Positions 39,919 to 52,500 of a DNA stretch of 64,000 nt are shown here, piece by piece. The stretch comes from a virus. The stretch is taken from UHGV virus genome UHGV-0010228, one strand, 5' to 3'. A program made the translations under genes and the position numbers. How positions within the stretch are numbered: position 1 is the first letter of the stretch; each line of letters starts with the position of its first letter. The notes under the pieces are model-generated. The model did not search any database. It was given only the letters and a program-made list of their open reading frames with translations, and was not told where the DNA came from.

Positions 39919-41934
39919 ATGTCTGAATATATAATAAATGAAATCGGTAGTGCAGAGATGTCTATACCAGACGGTCTTTCAGAAGGTGATACTTTAAGAT
40001 TTAATATTACAAACTCTGATGAAGCAACTGCATATACTGGAACTATAATGAACTGGACAGTTCCTATGGACTTAGTTGTTCAGATAGATGCATATGGATC
40101 TAGAGGTTCATATGGTAACTTATATACATATGGATTAACCGATACATCTAGATCCGGTAATGGTGCACATGTTGGTGGAGTATTTAATTTATCAGCAGGC
40201 TCTGAATTATTAATATTAGTTGGTCAACATGGTAAAGATGCTATGACAGGTACAGGATCTACTAGAGATGGTGTATCTGGTTGCGGTGGTGGAGGAACAT
40301 TTGTTGTCCTTAAAACTGACGAATCAACTGGAAGTTTATTTGTTGGATCTGATACTAATGGATCTAAAGCTGCATATGGTGGATGGTATGTTTCGCCATT
40401 AGTAATTGCTGCAGGTGGCAATGGATCTAAGGATAATGGATATTCCGGAACTGGTCCCGGTAGAGGTGGTTTATCTACAACTTATACATCAAAACCTAGT
40501 TATTCATCATCATTGACAGGTGGTGGATTTGATACTGCATATGGTACAAATAATAGCAATTCATCTTCATATGGATATGGTTTATCATTCTTAAATGGTG
40601 GATTAGGATCTCAGTATGCATATAGTAGATCTAGTATGACACCTAAAGCCGGATTCGGTGGCGGTGGAGGAAACTCCGATGATGGATATGGTGGTGGAGG
40701 TGGTGGATACTACGGCGGTATCCAATCTGCTGCTGCATGCTCATATGTTTCTCCTGATGCTGAATCAGTTATTACTGGTGAGGACGATATTAATGCTGGT
40801 GATGGATATGTTATTATAACTATAATTGAAGGAGGAAAAATATATTCTCCTGAAGTATATATGAGAGATAATGGCGAGATTCATAAATATTCAGATATGA
40901 AAGTATCTGTAAATGGCGAATTAAAAACTATTAAAAACTTCTATTCTAAAATGGATGGAAAATGGGTTAAAATGGCAAGAGAAATTGTAGTATATGAAGC
41001 TGGTAAATCATGGACTCAATCTAATATAGATAGTGGAAGTTTTTATAGTGTATATAATGCTAATGGTATATGGGTAGCTTGTAGTGGTGGTAATGGTCTT
41101 TATTATTCTACAGATGGTAAAGTATGGACTCAATCTAATATAACTAATGATGCTTTTCATACTGTATATAATGCTAATGGTATATGGGTAGCAGGTAATA
41201 ATAATGGTCTATATTATTCTACAGATGGTAAAGCATGGACTCAATCTAATATAACCACTGGAGGTTTTAGACGAGTATATAATGCTAATGGCATATGGGT
41301 AGCATGTGATGCTGATGGTATTTATTATTCTATGGATGGTAAATCATGGACTAAATCTAATATGACTTATGGAACTTATCATGATGCATATAATGCTAAT
41401 GATATATGGGTAGCAGGTGGTAGTGGTAGTCTTTACTATTCTACAGATGGTAAAGTATGGACTCAATCTAATATAGATAATGGTAGTACTACCATCTTTT
41501 TCTCAGTATATAATGCCGATGATATATGGGTAGCAGGTAGTGATAATGGTCTTTATTATTCTACAGATGGTAAAGTATGGACTCAATCTAATATAGATAA
41601 TGGTAGTTTTAATACTGTATATAATGCTAATGGTATATGGGTAGCTTGTAGTGGTGGTAATGGTCTTTATTATTCTACAGATGGTAAAGTATGGACTCAA
41701 TCTAATATAGATAATGGTAATTTTAATACTGTATATAATGCTAATGGTATATGGGTAGCTTGTAGTGATGGTAATGGTCTTTATTATTCTACAGATGGTA
41801 AAGTATGGACTCAATCTAATATAGATAATGGTAATTTTAATACTGTATATAATGCTAATGGTATATGGGTAGCTTGTAGTGATGGTAATGGTCTTTATTA
41901 TTCAGAAACTAGAACAGAATATGTCAATAAATAA
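39919..41934 (+). CDS. tail fibre / receptor-binding protein. Gly-rich N-terminal domain followed by about 8-9 BNR/Asp-box-like 40-aa repeats (GLYYSTDGKVWTQSNIDNGSFNTVYNANGIWVA).
   Basis: ATG with RBS TAAGGAGGTG. The tracked ORF starts 39 nt upstream with no SD. Ends ...LYYSETRTEYVNK. Confidence 0.75.
   Translation: MSEYIINEIGSAEMSIPDGLSEGDTLRFNITNSDEATAYTGTIMNWTVPMDLVVQIDAYGSRGSYGNLYTYGLTDTSRSGNGAHVGGVFNLSAGSELLILVGQHGKDAMTGTGSTRDGVSGCGGGGTFVVLKTDESTGSLFVGSDTNGSKAAYGGWYVSPLVIAAGGNGSKDNGYSGTGPGRGGLSTTYTSKPSYSSSLTGGGFDTAYGTNNSNSSSYGYGLSFLNGGLGSQYAYSRSSMTPKAGFGGGGGNSDDGYGGGGGGYYGGIQSAAACSYVSPDAESVITGEDDINAGDGYVIITIIEGGKIYSPEVYMRDNGEIHKYSDMKVSVNGELKTIKNFYSKMDGKWVKMAREIVVYEAGKSWTQSNIDSGSFYSVYNANGIWVACSGGNGLYYSTDGKVWTQSNITNDAFHTVYNANGIWVAGNNNGLYYSTDGKAWTQSNITTGGFRRVYNANGIWVACDADGIYYSMDGKSWTKSNMTYGTYHDAYNANDIWVAGGSGSLYYSTDGKVWTQSNIDNGSTTIFFSVYNADDIWVAGSDNGLYYSTDGKVWTQSNIDNGSFNTVYNANGIWVACSGGNGLYYSTDGKVWTQSNIDNGNFNTVYNANGIWVACSDGNGLYYSTDGKVWTQSNIDNGNFNTVYNANGIWVACSDGNGLYYSETRTEYVNK
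40990..41905 (+). repeat. tandem ~120-bp coding repeats (about 7.5 units; the last three nearly identical)
   Basis: GGTCTTTATTATTCTACAGATGGTAAAGTATGGACTCAATCTAATATAGATAATGG... recurs with a period of 120 nt. It produces the spurious antisense ORF 41503..41814. Confidence 0.85.
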
Positions 41935-41952
41935 AATTGGGGGTGATATTTC

Positions 41953-42696
41953 ATGAAAATGATGAAAAGAAATAAAACTACCGGTAATCGTGAGATTATT
42001 GGTGGTAGCGTAGCACCTGCTACAATAAAAGTTGAAAATGTTGGTACTGATGTTAAGATAACAACAACTGACCAGGAAGAAACTACAGTAGCAACATTTG
42101 GTAATGGTATAAAAGTTGTAGGTACATTATCTAAAGGTGCTACTGAAATTATACTCAAACATGATCAGATAACTGAAGATAGTATTATTGAATGCTATAG
42201 TAGTGTATACAATGCTAGACCACAAGATATTGAAACTAGTAGTGGGCAGGTTAAATTAACATTTGCTGCTCAGAGTAGTGATATACAAGTTATGATATTA
42301 ATCAAAACTGTAGACATGGGTAAAGTATATCTTGATACAACAGATGCAACAGCAACTGCCAGTGATATCGCTAATGGCAAAACTGCATATGTAAATGGTA
42401 AGAAAATAAGTGGTGGGTTAGAAAACGCTGATTTAATTCATTTAGGAATAACAGACACATCAGAATTGCGCGATTTTGATGATTCAAAAGCAATTGGTGT
42501 TTTATATTCTAGTAATTATAAAATGACTTCTGATAGACTTACCTCCGGAAAATATATTGTTGATATGTCTAATACGGTTATAACTGCATATGCATCATAT
42601 GCTGCATTAGCCGAGGTTATTGGATTAACTGCAGATAAGATTGTAAAAGGCAATACTATATTAGGTATTGCTGGAACTGCAGAAGTATCATCATAA
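41953..42696 (+). CDS. fibre-module protein (N-terminal half paralogous to 42718..43080; C-terminal anchor and collar motifs TATASDIANGKTAYVNGKKISGG and ADKIVKGNTILGIAGTAE)
   Basis: RBS GGGGGTGA. 247 aa. Confidence 0.7.
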   Translation: MKMMKRNKTTGNREIIGGSVAPATIKVENVGTDVKITTTDQEETTVATFGNGIKVVGTLSKGATEIILKHDQITEDSIIECYSSVYNARPQDIETSSGQVKLTFAAQSSDIQVMILIKTVDMGKVYLDTTDATATASDIANGKTAYVNGKKISGGLENADLIHLGITDTSELRDFDDSKAIGVLYSSNYKMTSDRLTSGKYIVDMSNTVITAYASYAALAEVIGLTADKIVKGNTILGIAGTAEVSS

Positions 42697-42717
42697 CTAA
42701 TTGGTGGTGATTGTATT

Positions 42718-43080
42718 ATGAAGTTAATGAGACGAAACAAAACTACTGGTAATAGAGATGCTGTAGGTGAATATATTGATCCTGGGTATTTATCTGTTAC
42801 AACTAGTGGAACTGATATAATAATATCTACGAATAATCCTACTGGAGAAAATACTACCGCTACAGTAAGTAATGGTATTTTAGTAACTGGAAATTTAGCA
42901 GTAGGTGCAACTTCTTTAGTATTAGAAAATCCAAATATTACAACATCAAGCATGTTTGAATGTTATACGTCAAATTATAATATTCGACCTAAGAATATTA
43001 GTGTAGCTGCAGGTAAAGCTACAATAACTTTTATCGCACAAACAGAAGCAGTTACAGTATATTTACTGATAAAAGGATAA
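42718..43080 (+). CDS. small paralogue of the N-terminal domain of 41953..42696 (MKLMRRNKTTGNRD...)
   Basis: RBS GGTGGTGA. 120 aa. Confidence 0.65.
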   Translation: MKLMRRNKTTGNRDAVGEYIDPGYLSVTTSGTDIIISTNNPTGENTTATVSNGILVTGNLAVGATSLVLENPNITTSSMFECYTSNYNIRPKNISVAAGKATITFIAQTEAVTVYLLIKG

Positions 43081-43090
43081 TACATATATT

Positions 43091-43141
43091 AATTACGGTA
43101 TATTCTATATATAGAATATACCGTAATTTCTTTTTTTTTTC
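43091..43141 (+). terminator. rho-independent terminator (ATTACGGTATATTCTATAT/ATAGAATATACCGTAAT followed by T12). Identical copy at 45781..45830.
   Basis: 18-bp perfect stem plus T-run. Confidence 0.85.
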
Positions 43142-43154
43142 TATTATTATGCTA

Positions 43155-43172
43155 TCAAAACATCACAGTAAA
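43155..43172 (+). promoter_or_regulatory. conserved fibre-gene upstream motif TCAAAACATCACAGTAAA
   Basis: Family CAAAACAYCA-YRR-TAAA. Also at 46483..46500, 54941..54958 and 61111..61128, each upstream of a large fibre gene. Confidence 0.5.
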
Positions 43173-43218
43173 CTTAATGCTTTCATTAATTATTTTTTTT
43201 TTGAAAGGAGATGACAGT

Positions 43219-45759
43219 ATGGCTTGGTATGAATATCGAGGAACTACTAATGACAAAGTAATCCCTATAAATACTACAGCAACTGCTGAAGATATAGCAA
43301 CTGGTAAAACTGTATATAGTAATGGTGAAAAAATTGTTGGTAATATAGCATCGATAGGAATTAAAACATATTCCCCAGGAAAGGCAAATATTACTATACC
43401 TAAAAATTATTATTTATCCGGAAATCAGACTATAAAAGGCGATTCAAATTTAATTGCAGCTAATATTATAAAGGGAAAATCAATATTTGGTGTAACTGGA
43501 ACAACCAACGTTGTTAATTATAGAGCTGATACAAAAAACTATACTAGTAGCAGTGAGAATTGTGGCGAAGTGTACAATGGTGTGACAATACCATATATAA
43601 ATGATGCTATGTTGTTTGCGTATCCATCAGAAGCTCAAATTTCTAATAATCGATACTCATCTGGATCGAATCTATTTTTTAGTTCTCTTGGTGGTTATTT
43701 ATGGTATACTATATCATGGTATTATAGATATAACTCGGTTTATCAAAAAGCAAAATATTTACTATATGATCATACACTATCTACAGTAACTGCGATATAT
43801 GGTAATCACTTAGTTAAATTTTTTCAATATCAATATTATATTAACAATGAATCATCTTATGAATGTATTTCAACATATGACTCGAATGTATCATTTAGTT
43901 CAAATTATATATCGATGATATTGAGTGCTGATGATAAATATGTGTATATCAGCGATGTTGGAACGCCATCAACAACAACGGTATATATGGCTAATAATAA
44001 TTCTGGTAGTAGTAAAAACATTACACTCACAAATAAAATTCCATATACATTATGTAGGCCATATTATGAAGAAGAAAAAAATCTATTATTTCATAAAAGG
44101 ATTTATCTTACAGGAAGCGATTCTGCAAATGGTGTATATTATTCATATGATGGAAAAATATGGACTAAGACCAGTATATCATCAGGACAATTTAATATGT
44201 CTGCTAATGTTAAAAGTAGATTAGGATTTATCTCCGTTGGTTCTACATTATACTATTCATATGACGGTATATCGTGGTCTCAATTTTCGAATACTGTTGC
44301 AATGGGCTCTTGTCAAAAATTTGTCAGTGGTACAAATTCAGGACAAAGTATGAATGCTGCTATTGGAAGTGGTGGAAATGAAGGATTGTTATGTATCTCA
44401 CCTTTTAGTGATCTTTCATATGGTGGAGAAATTGACACTACAAACATAACAACGGGAAATTTTCATTATTTAGCGTCAAGTAGCGAATATATAATTGCAG
44501 CATCTGGTGATGATGGTACGCCTATATATTATAGTTATAATGGATATTCATGGGCACAATATGGATCAATAACTTCTTCAGTAAAATGTTTAGAATATGC
44601 TAACGAAATATTTGTATTAGCTACTACCGATGGTATGTATACAAGCAATAAACAGTGTAGTGGTTGGAAAAAAATATCTATCACTGATTCAACGATAGGA
44701 TTTGATTTTGTTTTTTATGGAACTAATAAAGTTTGGGTCGGTGGATATAAAACATTAAATTATGTTTATTACTCAACCGATAATGGTACAACTTGGACTA
44801 AATCTGATGCAATATCCGGCAGTACAGGATTTAGTTCTGGATGTTACAATAGATTTACACAATTATATCTCATAGGTAGTTCGTCAGGAAATGGAATATA
44901 TTATTCAAAAGATGGAATATCGTGGTATCCTAGTGAATTAACATCCCAAACTGTTAATAAATTTATGGTTACAAATACAAATGTTGTTGCATTGACAAAT
45001 GCTGGGGTATATTATTCACATGATGGAGTTGTATGGAATATAACAAATCTTACAAATGCCATATATACAAAGATGAGTTACATTGACGTATTACAACGTC
45101 CAATAATCGATTATGATGTTCTATATGTTAGCACAGGAAGTTCAGATAATACTAATAATGGAGTATGCATGATCGCTGGTTATAATGGATATAATGGATC
45201 ATCTTCCGGATCAATCATATGGTCAATAACTGAAAATTCATCAACATATGGAGCTATAATAGATATTATTACCGATATTGATAATCAATACATTTTTGGT
45301 CTATCTAAAAATGGATATCTGGTGGTTTATAATATACGATCAAAGACATGTGTTGCTAAATTAGTCGATTCTGCTGGTGAAATGTGTAGAATTTCATATA
45401 ACGCAGGAATAATAGCTGTTGGTTATATGTCTAATAATACAAATGTTATAATTAAGACTTTTATATTAAACTATGGAAATACAGATGGAATTAAAAATCT
45501 CATAATCAGGGACTTTACTTCAATCACAACAACATCTTCAGCGTCAGATAATCCACCAAAAATCAAAGCACTTACAATTAATAATGAGGGGATAATTAAG
45601 TTTGGATTATCAAATGGGTATATATCAGCGAGTTATATATGTACAGGTGAATTATATGGCCAAAATATGTTAACATCTGAAGCTATCACAGGTTCACTTC
45701 CAGTGCTAAATGAAGTGGGGGATATTATAGGAACTAAATATTTTAAAACATTTTATTAA
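43219..45759 (+). CDS. tail fibre protein (N-terminal anchor MAWYEY...ATGKTVYSNGEKIVGNIAS, collar NIIKGKSIFGVTGTTN, degenerate Asp-box repeats YYSYDGKIWTKTS etc.)
   Basis: ATG with RBS GAAAGGAGATGA. The tracked ORF begins 42 nt earlier. 847 aa. Confidence 0.7.
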   Translation: MAWYEYRGTTNDKVIPINTTATAEDIATGKTVYSNGEKIVGNIASIGIKTYSPGKANITIPKNYYLSGNQTIKGDSNLIAANIIKGKSIFGVTGTTNVVNYRADTKNYTSSSENCGEVYNGVTIPYINDAMLFAYPSEAQISNNRYSSGSNLFFSSLGGYLWYTISWYYRYNSVYQKAKYLLYDHTLSTVTAIYGNHLVKFFQYQYYINNESSYECISTYDSNVSFSSNYISMILSADDKYVYISDVGTPSTTTVYMANNNSGSSKNITLTNKIPYTLCRPYYEEEKNLLFHKRIYLTGSDSANGVYYSYDGKIWTKTSISSGQFNMSANVKSRLGFISVGSTLYYSYDGISWSQFSNTVAMGSCQKFVSGTNSGQSMNAAIGSGGNEGLLCISPFSDLSYGGEIDTTNITTGNFHYLASSSEYIIAASGDDGTPIYYSYNGYSWAQYGSITSSVKCLEYANEIFVLATTDGMYTSNKQCSGWKKISITDSTIGFDFVFYGTNKVWVGGYKTLNYVYYSTDNGTTWTKSDAISGSTGFSSGCYNRFTQLYLIGSSSGNGIYYSKDGISWYPSELTSQTVNKFMVTNTNVVALTNAGVYYSHDGVVWNITNLTNAIYTKMSYIDVLQRPIIDYDVLYVSTGSSDNTNNGVCMIAGYNGYNGSSSGSIIWSITENSSTYGAIIDIITDIDNQYIFGLSKNGYLVVYNIRSKTCVAKLVDSAGEMCRISYNAGIIAVGYMSNNTNVIIKTFILNYGNTDGIKNLIIRDFTSITTTSSASDNPPKIKALTINNEGIIKFGLSNGYISASYICTGELYGQNMLTSEAITGSLPVLNEVGDIIGTKYFKTFY

Positions 45760-45780
45760 TCTAGAAGTTAAATATCTATT

Positions 45781-45830
45781 AATTACGGTATATTCTATAT
45801 ATAGAATATACCGTAATTTCTTTTTTTTTA
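45781..45830 (+). terminator. second copy of the ATTACGGTATATTCTATAT hairpin terminator
   Basis: Identical 18-bp stem plus T9. Confidence 0.85.
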
Positions 45831-45893
45831 TTAGTATATTATTAAAGTGAATAAATACAATACATAGTATATAATATAAGGAGGAATATTACT

Positions 45894-46424
45894 ATGAAAA
45901 GAATCTCTACTATGGAAGACCTTCGCGAGTTTGCAGATGAAGTAAATACAGTCATCCCAGCTCTGAATGCGGACAAGGAATGTGGTAACGTATATTATGA
46001 TACCGACATAATAGAACAGTGTAGTCTTATAATAGACTATACTGATGAAGAGCACGTTAGTGCTCTGAAGAAGATAGATGAAATTGCTAAGCATCAATTT
46101 CATCTATCTTCTGGTCTGGAGTTGATTCTCCAGATACGGGAATTGTATCAGTTGCGTCGTATTGGTGCACCTGATACTGGGGAGTATGATTACTCCTGTG
46201 GGGCCGAAATGATAATATGTGAACAGGTCCTCAGTACTGCTGAGGCGGCTGAGAAATCTACCATTGAGCAGCGCTGGGGACTTGTTCGACAGGCGGGTGT
46301 TGATATGGAGAAATATTACCCAGTCATCAGCGATGGAAGCCGCTGGGGTGATTATGAGGAGAACGCCAGTGACCTCGCCCAAGTGATAACTGATATTTAT
46401 TTAAAGGGATTATCCCTTAAATAA
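45894..46424 (+). CDS. GC-rich moron: hypothetical 176-aa protein of unknown function (ribosome-binding site and both flanking terminators present)
   Basis: RBS TAAGGAGGAATA. Local GC about 45% versus about 28% nearby. Bracketed by terminators at 45781..45830 and 46441..46470. Confidence 0.65.
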   Translation: MKRISTMEDLREFADEVNTVIPALNADKECGNVYYDTDIIEQCSLIIDYTDEEHVSALKKIDEIAKHQFHLSSGLELILQIRELYQLRRIGAPDTGEYDYSCGAEMIICEQVLSTAEAAEKSTIEQRWGLVRQAGVDMEKYYPVISDGSRWGDYEENASDLAQVITDIYLKGLSLK

Positions 46425-46440
46425 ATATCGTAAAAAATAT

Positions 46441-46470
46441 AAGTTAGGTTTTCCCTAACTTTATTTTTTA
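46441..46470 (+). terminator. hairpin terminator (AAGTTAGG-TTTTCC-CTAACTT followed by a T-run)
   Basis: Follows the moron stop codon. Confidence 0.6.
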
Positions 46471-46482
46471 TACTTATACCTG

Positions 46483-46500
46483 CCAAAACATCACAATAAA
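46483..46500 (+). promoter_or_regulatory. conserved fibre-gene upstream motif CCAAAACATCACAATAAA
   Basis: See 43155..43172. Confidence 0.5.
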
Positions 46501-46545
46501 AATTAATAAAATAAATTATTTTTTGAAAGGAGTTGACTTAAATAT

Positions 46546-49500
46546 ATGCCATGGTTTCCTACATGTGGAGGCGTTGATACATCAGACGCAAATGTAACTC
46601 CAGAAGATGTATTAGAAGGAAAAATAGTATATTCACATAATGGCCCAGTTGTGGGCACAATACCAAGTTTACCAGAAAAAACCTGGATTCCAGGACCTGA
46701 AGAACAGGTAATTCCGGGAGGACATTATATTGCAGGTACACAGACAATTAAAGGTGATCCTAACCTTTATCCAGAAAATATAGTTAAAGGTAAAACTATA
46801 TTTGGTGTAGAAGGCACAGGTATACCTGTGGAATTTAACGATCCAACATTTATTGAAAAATTGTGCGTATCAGATTTTAAAGGTAAAGTTGATTTCTCTA
46901 AAGATTCCGAATATTTCTATACTTATGGTACTTCAATTATTAATAAACATAATTCGACAACTGGAGAAGTTATATGGTCTCAATCAATATCTGATGATAC
47001 TAAAAAAATATATTCAAATTTATATATAACACCAGATGATCTTCTTATATATTATGGATCTAAAAATGGATATTTAAATTCAATAATAGCAGATTCAGGA
47101 ATTTCTCATTTAAGTGTTAAGGTATTAGATACAACAAAATCTGTTGAATATATAAAGGGTATTGAAAATTATAAAGGTTCAACATTCAGCTTATTATTAT
47201 TTGTGCCAAATACAACAGTTATTGGAAGGGTAGATTTTATTGACACGTCTACTAATAATATAGAAACAATTACTATACCATCTAGTTATTCTATCGATGT
47301 CGATGATAAGGATATCTATTATTATTGCAATTCTTCTTCTCCAAGAAAGATATGCAAGATATGTACAGATTCAGCGGATAATTATGAAATTGAAACTGGA
47401 ACTATAAATAGTTATGGAATACAACCTGATGGAAAATATTTATACACAGTAGCTAAGGTTGATAATACTACTGATAAATTATCACAGTATAATGCAGAAA
47501 CTGGTGCATTAGTACGTAGTGTGAACGTTGATGTAAACACCCGTGATAACTGCTCATTACTTATTACGGATAGTTTATCGGAATATATATATCTTCAAAA
47601 TACTAGAACTATATATAGATACTCAACTGATTTGTTGTTAAATTATGCTAATAACCCATTTTTATTTACAGATGGTACAGTGTCCAGTGCTGTTGATAGT
47701 GCTAGTGTTGATAGTAATGGAGAATATGTATATGTATCATATTTAAGTGAAGATACCTCTGAGTTGTATAAATATAAGCAGGTATTTGGATCAATATACC
47801 CATTGGAAAATCCGGATCCTTATATCAATATAGATAGAATTATTAAGAGAAAGAAAGATACTTATAAAACATATGAAACCCCAGTAGAAATCTGGGATGA
47901 TGAATATGATTCAGAAATTGACTCTATTAGTTGTACTGATGATGGTCATTATGTATACATATGCACGCAGAATAATGGATTTATAAAAATGAATTCTGTA
48001 AATAAGAAAATTATATGGTCATATAATGATGGTATGTCAGGATATGTAGTTGTAGATCATAATGATAAGTATGTATATGTAGCAACGAATAGTGCATTAA
48101 CTAAACTTGACGCATCAAATGGTAATGTTGTAATTTCATTATCAGATTATGCAAGATCTAGAACTGCTGCATATTCTATACAGAATATGACTATTACAGA
48201 TGATAATGAATATTTAGTATATATTAATAACAATAGTAGCTCTGCAAGTAGTAGTAAAATTGTTAAATTTAAAACTTCAGATATGAGTGTTAAATGGGAA
48301 AAGACACCTCATACTAATTACATTAACCAATTAGATTTAGTAAGTAAAACTGGAGATATATATTTCAATAAATCTTCTCAGATACCTATTGAAACGGATT
48401 ATATTCTTCCATTCACTGGTGGTGTAAATAATGTAGTATATTTTAATAGTAAATATTTATTATTACCTAATAAAACTTTCATTACTAATAGTGAAACTAA
48501 TACAACTGAGTTTACTTATTACTTAGGCGATACTCTTAATATAGCGTATATGGAAAAGCACACTATTAGTACTGATGGGATGAATACTAATTTTAGCGAT
48601 TATACGATAACCAAAATAGTTGCATCTTCATATGTGTGTATTATATATGTAAAAGGCATTGACAATGCATCATTAACTGAAAGTGAAACTTCATTAAATA
48701 AATATTATTATACTTATGATGGCGTAAATTGGAGTGAGGGTTCATTTGGTTTATACTGCCCAACGTCAAATATTATTAATTGTAGTAATACATTTATATA
48801 TTCGGCATCGGATAAGAGTACATATAATAAATTATTCTCATCATATGATGGAATAAATTGGACTGAGAATACTAATTATACAGATACATATACTAATGGT
48901 ACTGTATGGGGATTAGGATATGTCAATTCAAGATATTTATTAGTATCTAATATATTACAATATTCTACAGATTTTAAAACTTTTAGTACTGCAACTATTG
49001 CTAGTTTGCCTAGTGAAACTGCTGTTGGTGAGAATTTTGCTAATAAATATGGAGAAATTCACTGTGTTTATATATATAGCAGATATTATTTAGCTTGTGC
49101 TGATGGAATATATTATTCGTCTGATTTAAATACTTGGACAAAATGTACATTTACTTATCCGACTAGTGCGGATTTTCCTTCCGAATTATCTTACCCATTA
49201 TTAATGACCAACTATAGTAATTATATATATATTATAGAATCTGCTAGTGGTAATACAGCTGAAATATCGAATTATGTAAGATCAATTTATATTACTTCAA
49301 CATCACAGACATCTTTCAATGTAACTAATATTAAAGCTGCACCATTATTAAGTGAAACATCATCAACATCAACATTATTTGTAACTGGTGGATGTGTAAG
49401 TGATAATGCTATTGCCGGTCTTTATTATTCTACAGATGGTAAAACATGGACTCAGTCTAATCTAACAACTGGACTTTTTAGCGATGTGTGTAATTTTGAT

Positions 49501-52500
49501 ATATGGGTAGCAGGTAGTAGTGATGATGGACTTTATTATTCTATAGATGGTAAAACGTGGACTCAATCTAATATAACAACTGGTCATTTTAGTGCTGTAT
49601 ATAATACTACTGGCATATGGATAGCAGGTAGTAGTATTTTTGATAGTAAAGGTCTTTATTATTCTACAAATGGTAAAACATGGTTTCAATCTAATATAAC
49701 AAGCGGAGGATTCTATACTATAAATTATGCTAATGATATATATCTAGCTTGTGGGGAAGGACTTTATTATTCTACAGACGGTAAAACATGGGAAAAGACT
49801 ACTGTGAGTGGAGGATATCTGACTAGTGGGGGTTTTAGAAATGCATATTACGCTGATGCTATGTGGGTAGTGTGTAGTAATGATGACTATTGCTCTTATT
49901 ATTCTAAAGATGGTAAAGCGTGGGCGCAATGTGAACCAGCTGTCGAAGAGGATGTATTTTGTAATATAGTATATTATTCTAATAAGAGTATATGGGTAGC
50001 TGGTAGTGAGCAAAGTAATGGATTGCAATACTCTACAAATGGTATGTCGTGGACTCAGTCTAATATAAGCACTGGAATTATTAGAACGGTGTGTTATGGT
50101 AATAATATAGTTATAGCTGGTGGATATAACACTGGTATATATTATTCTACAGATGGTAAAACGTGGACTCAATCTAATACAACCACTGGATCTTTTAATT
50201 TACTTTATTATTATGAGGATATATATATAGCTGTTAGTGGCAATAATAAAGGTCTTTATTATTCTACAGATGGTAAAACATGGACTCAATCTAATATAAC
50301 TAGTGGAAGTTTTATGACTTCTATAGGTGAATCATACCACCCAGTTACAACAAATAACAACAATAATTACATCTACTGTAATAGTAGATTAGCATCTTTC
50401 CCTGCGGTTACTGCTGATGATACTCATAGTAATACTAAATATAGTATTGGATCATTAGAGAATTCTAAAATTCAACAATTAACTTATCAGGATACTAGAA
50501 CTACTAATACAACATATTACGGATTATCTACATTTAATAATTCAACAGCAATATTATTAGGTCAATTCGAAGGGGCGAATCAAATTACTGATAATTATGC
50601 ATATTCTACAGATAGTGGAGCAACATGGACTGGTGCGCATATGCCTAAAAAAGGCGAATGGATACATGTCGGAAAATTAATGAGTAAATATATTGCAGTA
50701 TGTAATAGTAGTAATAATTTAGCAATATATGAATCGTCAGATGGGAAATCATGGTCACAGGGATCTATAACAAATTCCAATGGTAACGCATTAGCAAATA
50801 ACATGATATCTATAAATAACGATGAAAATGATGTTAAAATAAAAGTAATAACTAGTCCACTTATATCATCATTTGCAATAATCGTTTATACAACAATTGG
50901 CATAAATGTTGAAGGATATTATGTTTCATCTTCATTAAGCACTGGAAGTGCATTTAAAGTACAAAATTTCTCATCAAATATGACATCAACCCCATTATGT
51001 GCTATAAACGATACTTCACAAAAATGTATGTTTTTAGGTTGGAGTAATAATGGTAAATTTATGTACAGTGATGATATGCTATTATCACTCATGAATGGTG
51101 ATTACTATACTGAAGTTACATCTTCAGAATCAATATCAAACTGGGATATGTATTCTGAAATAACAGGTGTAAAACTTTCAGATACTCAATATTTAGTATC
51201 GATGCAACCAACTTCATCATCAAGCTTAGTTAAAGTAGGATTGCTCGATACAAGTGCAAATACTTTAACATTTAGAGCGTCAACGTGGTATAATGGTAGA
51301 TTTGTTGCTCCAGCAAATGGTAAGTTATATGCACTTAATACTTATAGTGTAAATGGAAATAGTGGTGGAGGTAAATTTACATCTATAACAAACTATGACA
51401 CAACTAATACTGTAAAAGATGATGTTCTTCCGTCAGATCTATCATCATCTATAAGTAAAAATGATAAAACATATACTACATTATGCTCTTCAGGTACAAA
51501 TCTTATTACAGTTATAAATGGTGAACCATATGCATATTATACTAAGAACCCATTAGTAATTTCTGGTGGTGATGATAGATATATTAGAGCTATAGATTTC
51601 TTAACTGGAAATACAATATGGTCATTCTCATTATCATATGCTGCAAATGGTATATATGTAAGTGATGATAAGAAGTTTGTATATGCTACAGTAAATGGCA
51701 ATTCATCATCAGCTAATCTTTATAAATATAATATTAATGCTACTAATTTATCTTCAATGAAGTATTCTACTAATTCATATTCTAGTGCAATATTCGGTAA
51801 TGGAGATAAGATATTTACTGTTAAAAGTTCTAATGGTGGTATATTAGCCGCATATGATCCTGAATATCTTACAAATGATTATTCACTTACAGGTGCTAAT
51901 GATACATCAACTGGACAGGAATATGGTAGATGTTTAACTTATGATTCTGCTGGTGATTATATATATGCTGGTACTTATATGAATACTGGCAAAGGCCATT
52001 TACATAAATATAAATTAAAAGAAATTGAATATGAAAAGATAGCAAGGGTATATAAGACTACTACAACAGGAGAAGATACTGAGGGAAAGGTATGGACTCA
52101 ATCTAATATAAATAGTGGAGATTTTTATACAGTGTATTATGGTAATAGTATATGGGTAGCCGGCAGTATTAGCGGTAAAGGTCTTTATTATTCTACAAAC
52201 GGTAAAGTATGGACTCAATCTAATATAACTAGTGGAGATTTTAGATCTGTATATAATGCTAATGGTATATGGGTAGCTGCTAGTGATAGTGATAATGGTC
52301 TATATTATTCTACAGATGGTAAAGTATGGACTCAATCTAATATAAATAGTGGATATTTTTATACAGTGTATTATGATAATAGTATATGGGTAGCTTGTAG
52401 TGGTAAAGGTATATTTTATTCTACAGATGGTAAATCATGGACTCAATCTAATATAAATAGTGGAGATTTTTATACAGTGTATAATGCTAATGGTATATGG

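Noticed and set aside
2355-46382. Other short overlapping or antisense ORFs in the track (for example 2355..2753-, 6491..6991-, 8391..9021-, 9183..9374+, 9829..10044-, 10371..11000+, 16892..17170+, 19446..19706+, 19770..19979+, 20919..21224+, 22292..22743, 23388..24135, 26245..28974 alternative frames, 29828..30446, 31172..31360, 32377..32577, 37960..38667-, 40224..40421-, 41898..42158-, 42516..42953-, 43601..44224+, 45831..46382-, 56964..58148+, 58963..59437-, 59685..60883)
   Set aside because: Each is embedded in, or antisense to, a longer ORF that has an RBS and coherent protein-like sequence. None has a convincing SD.
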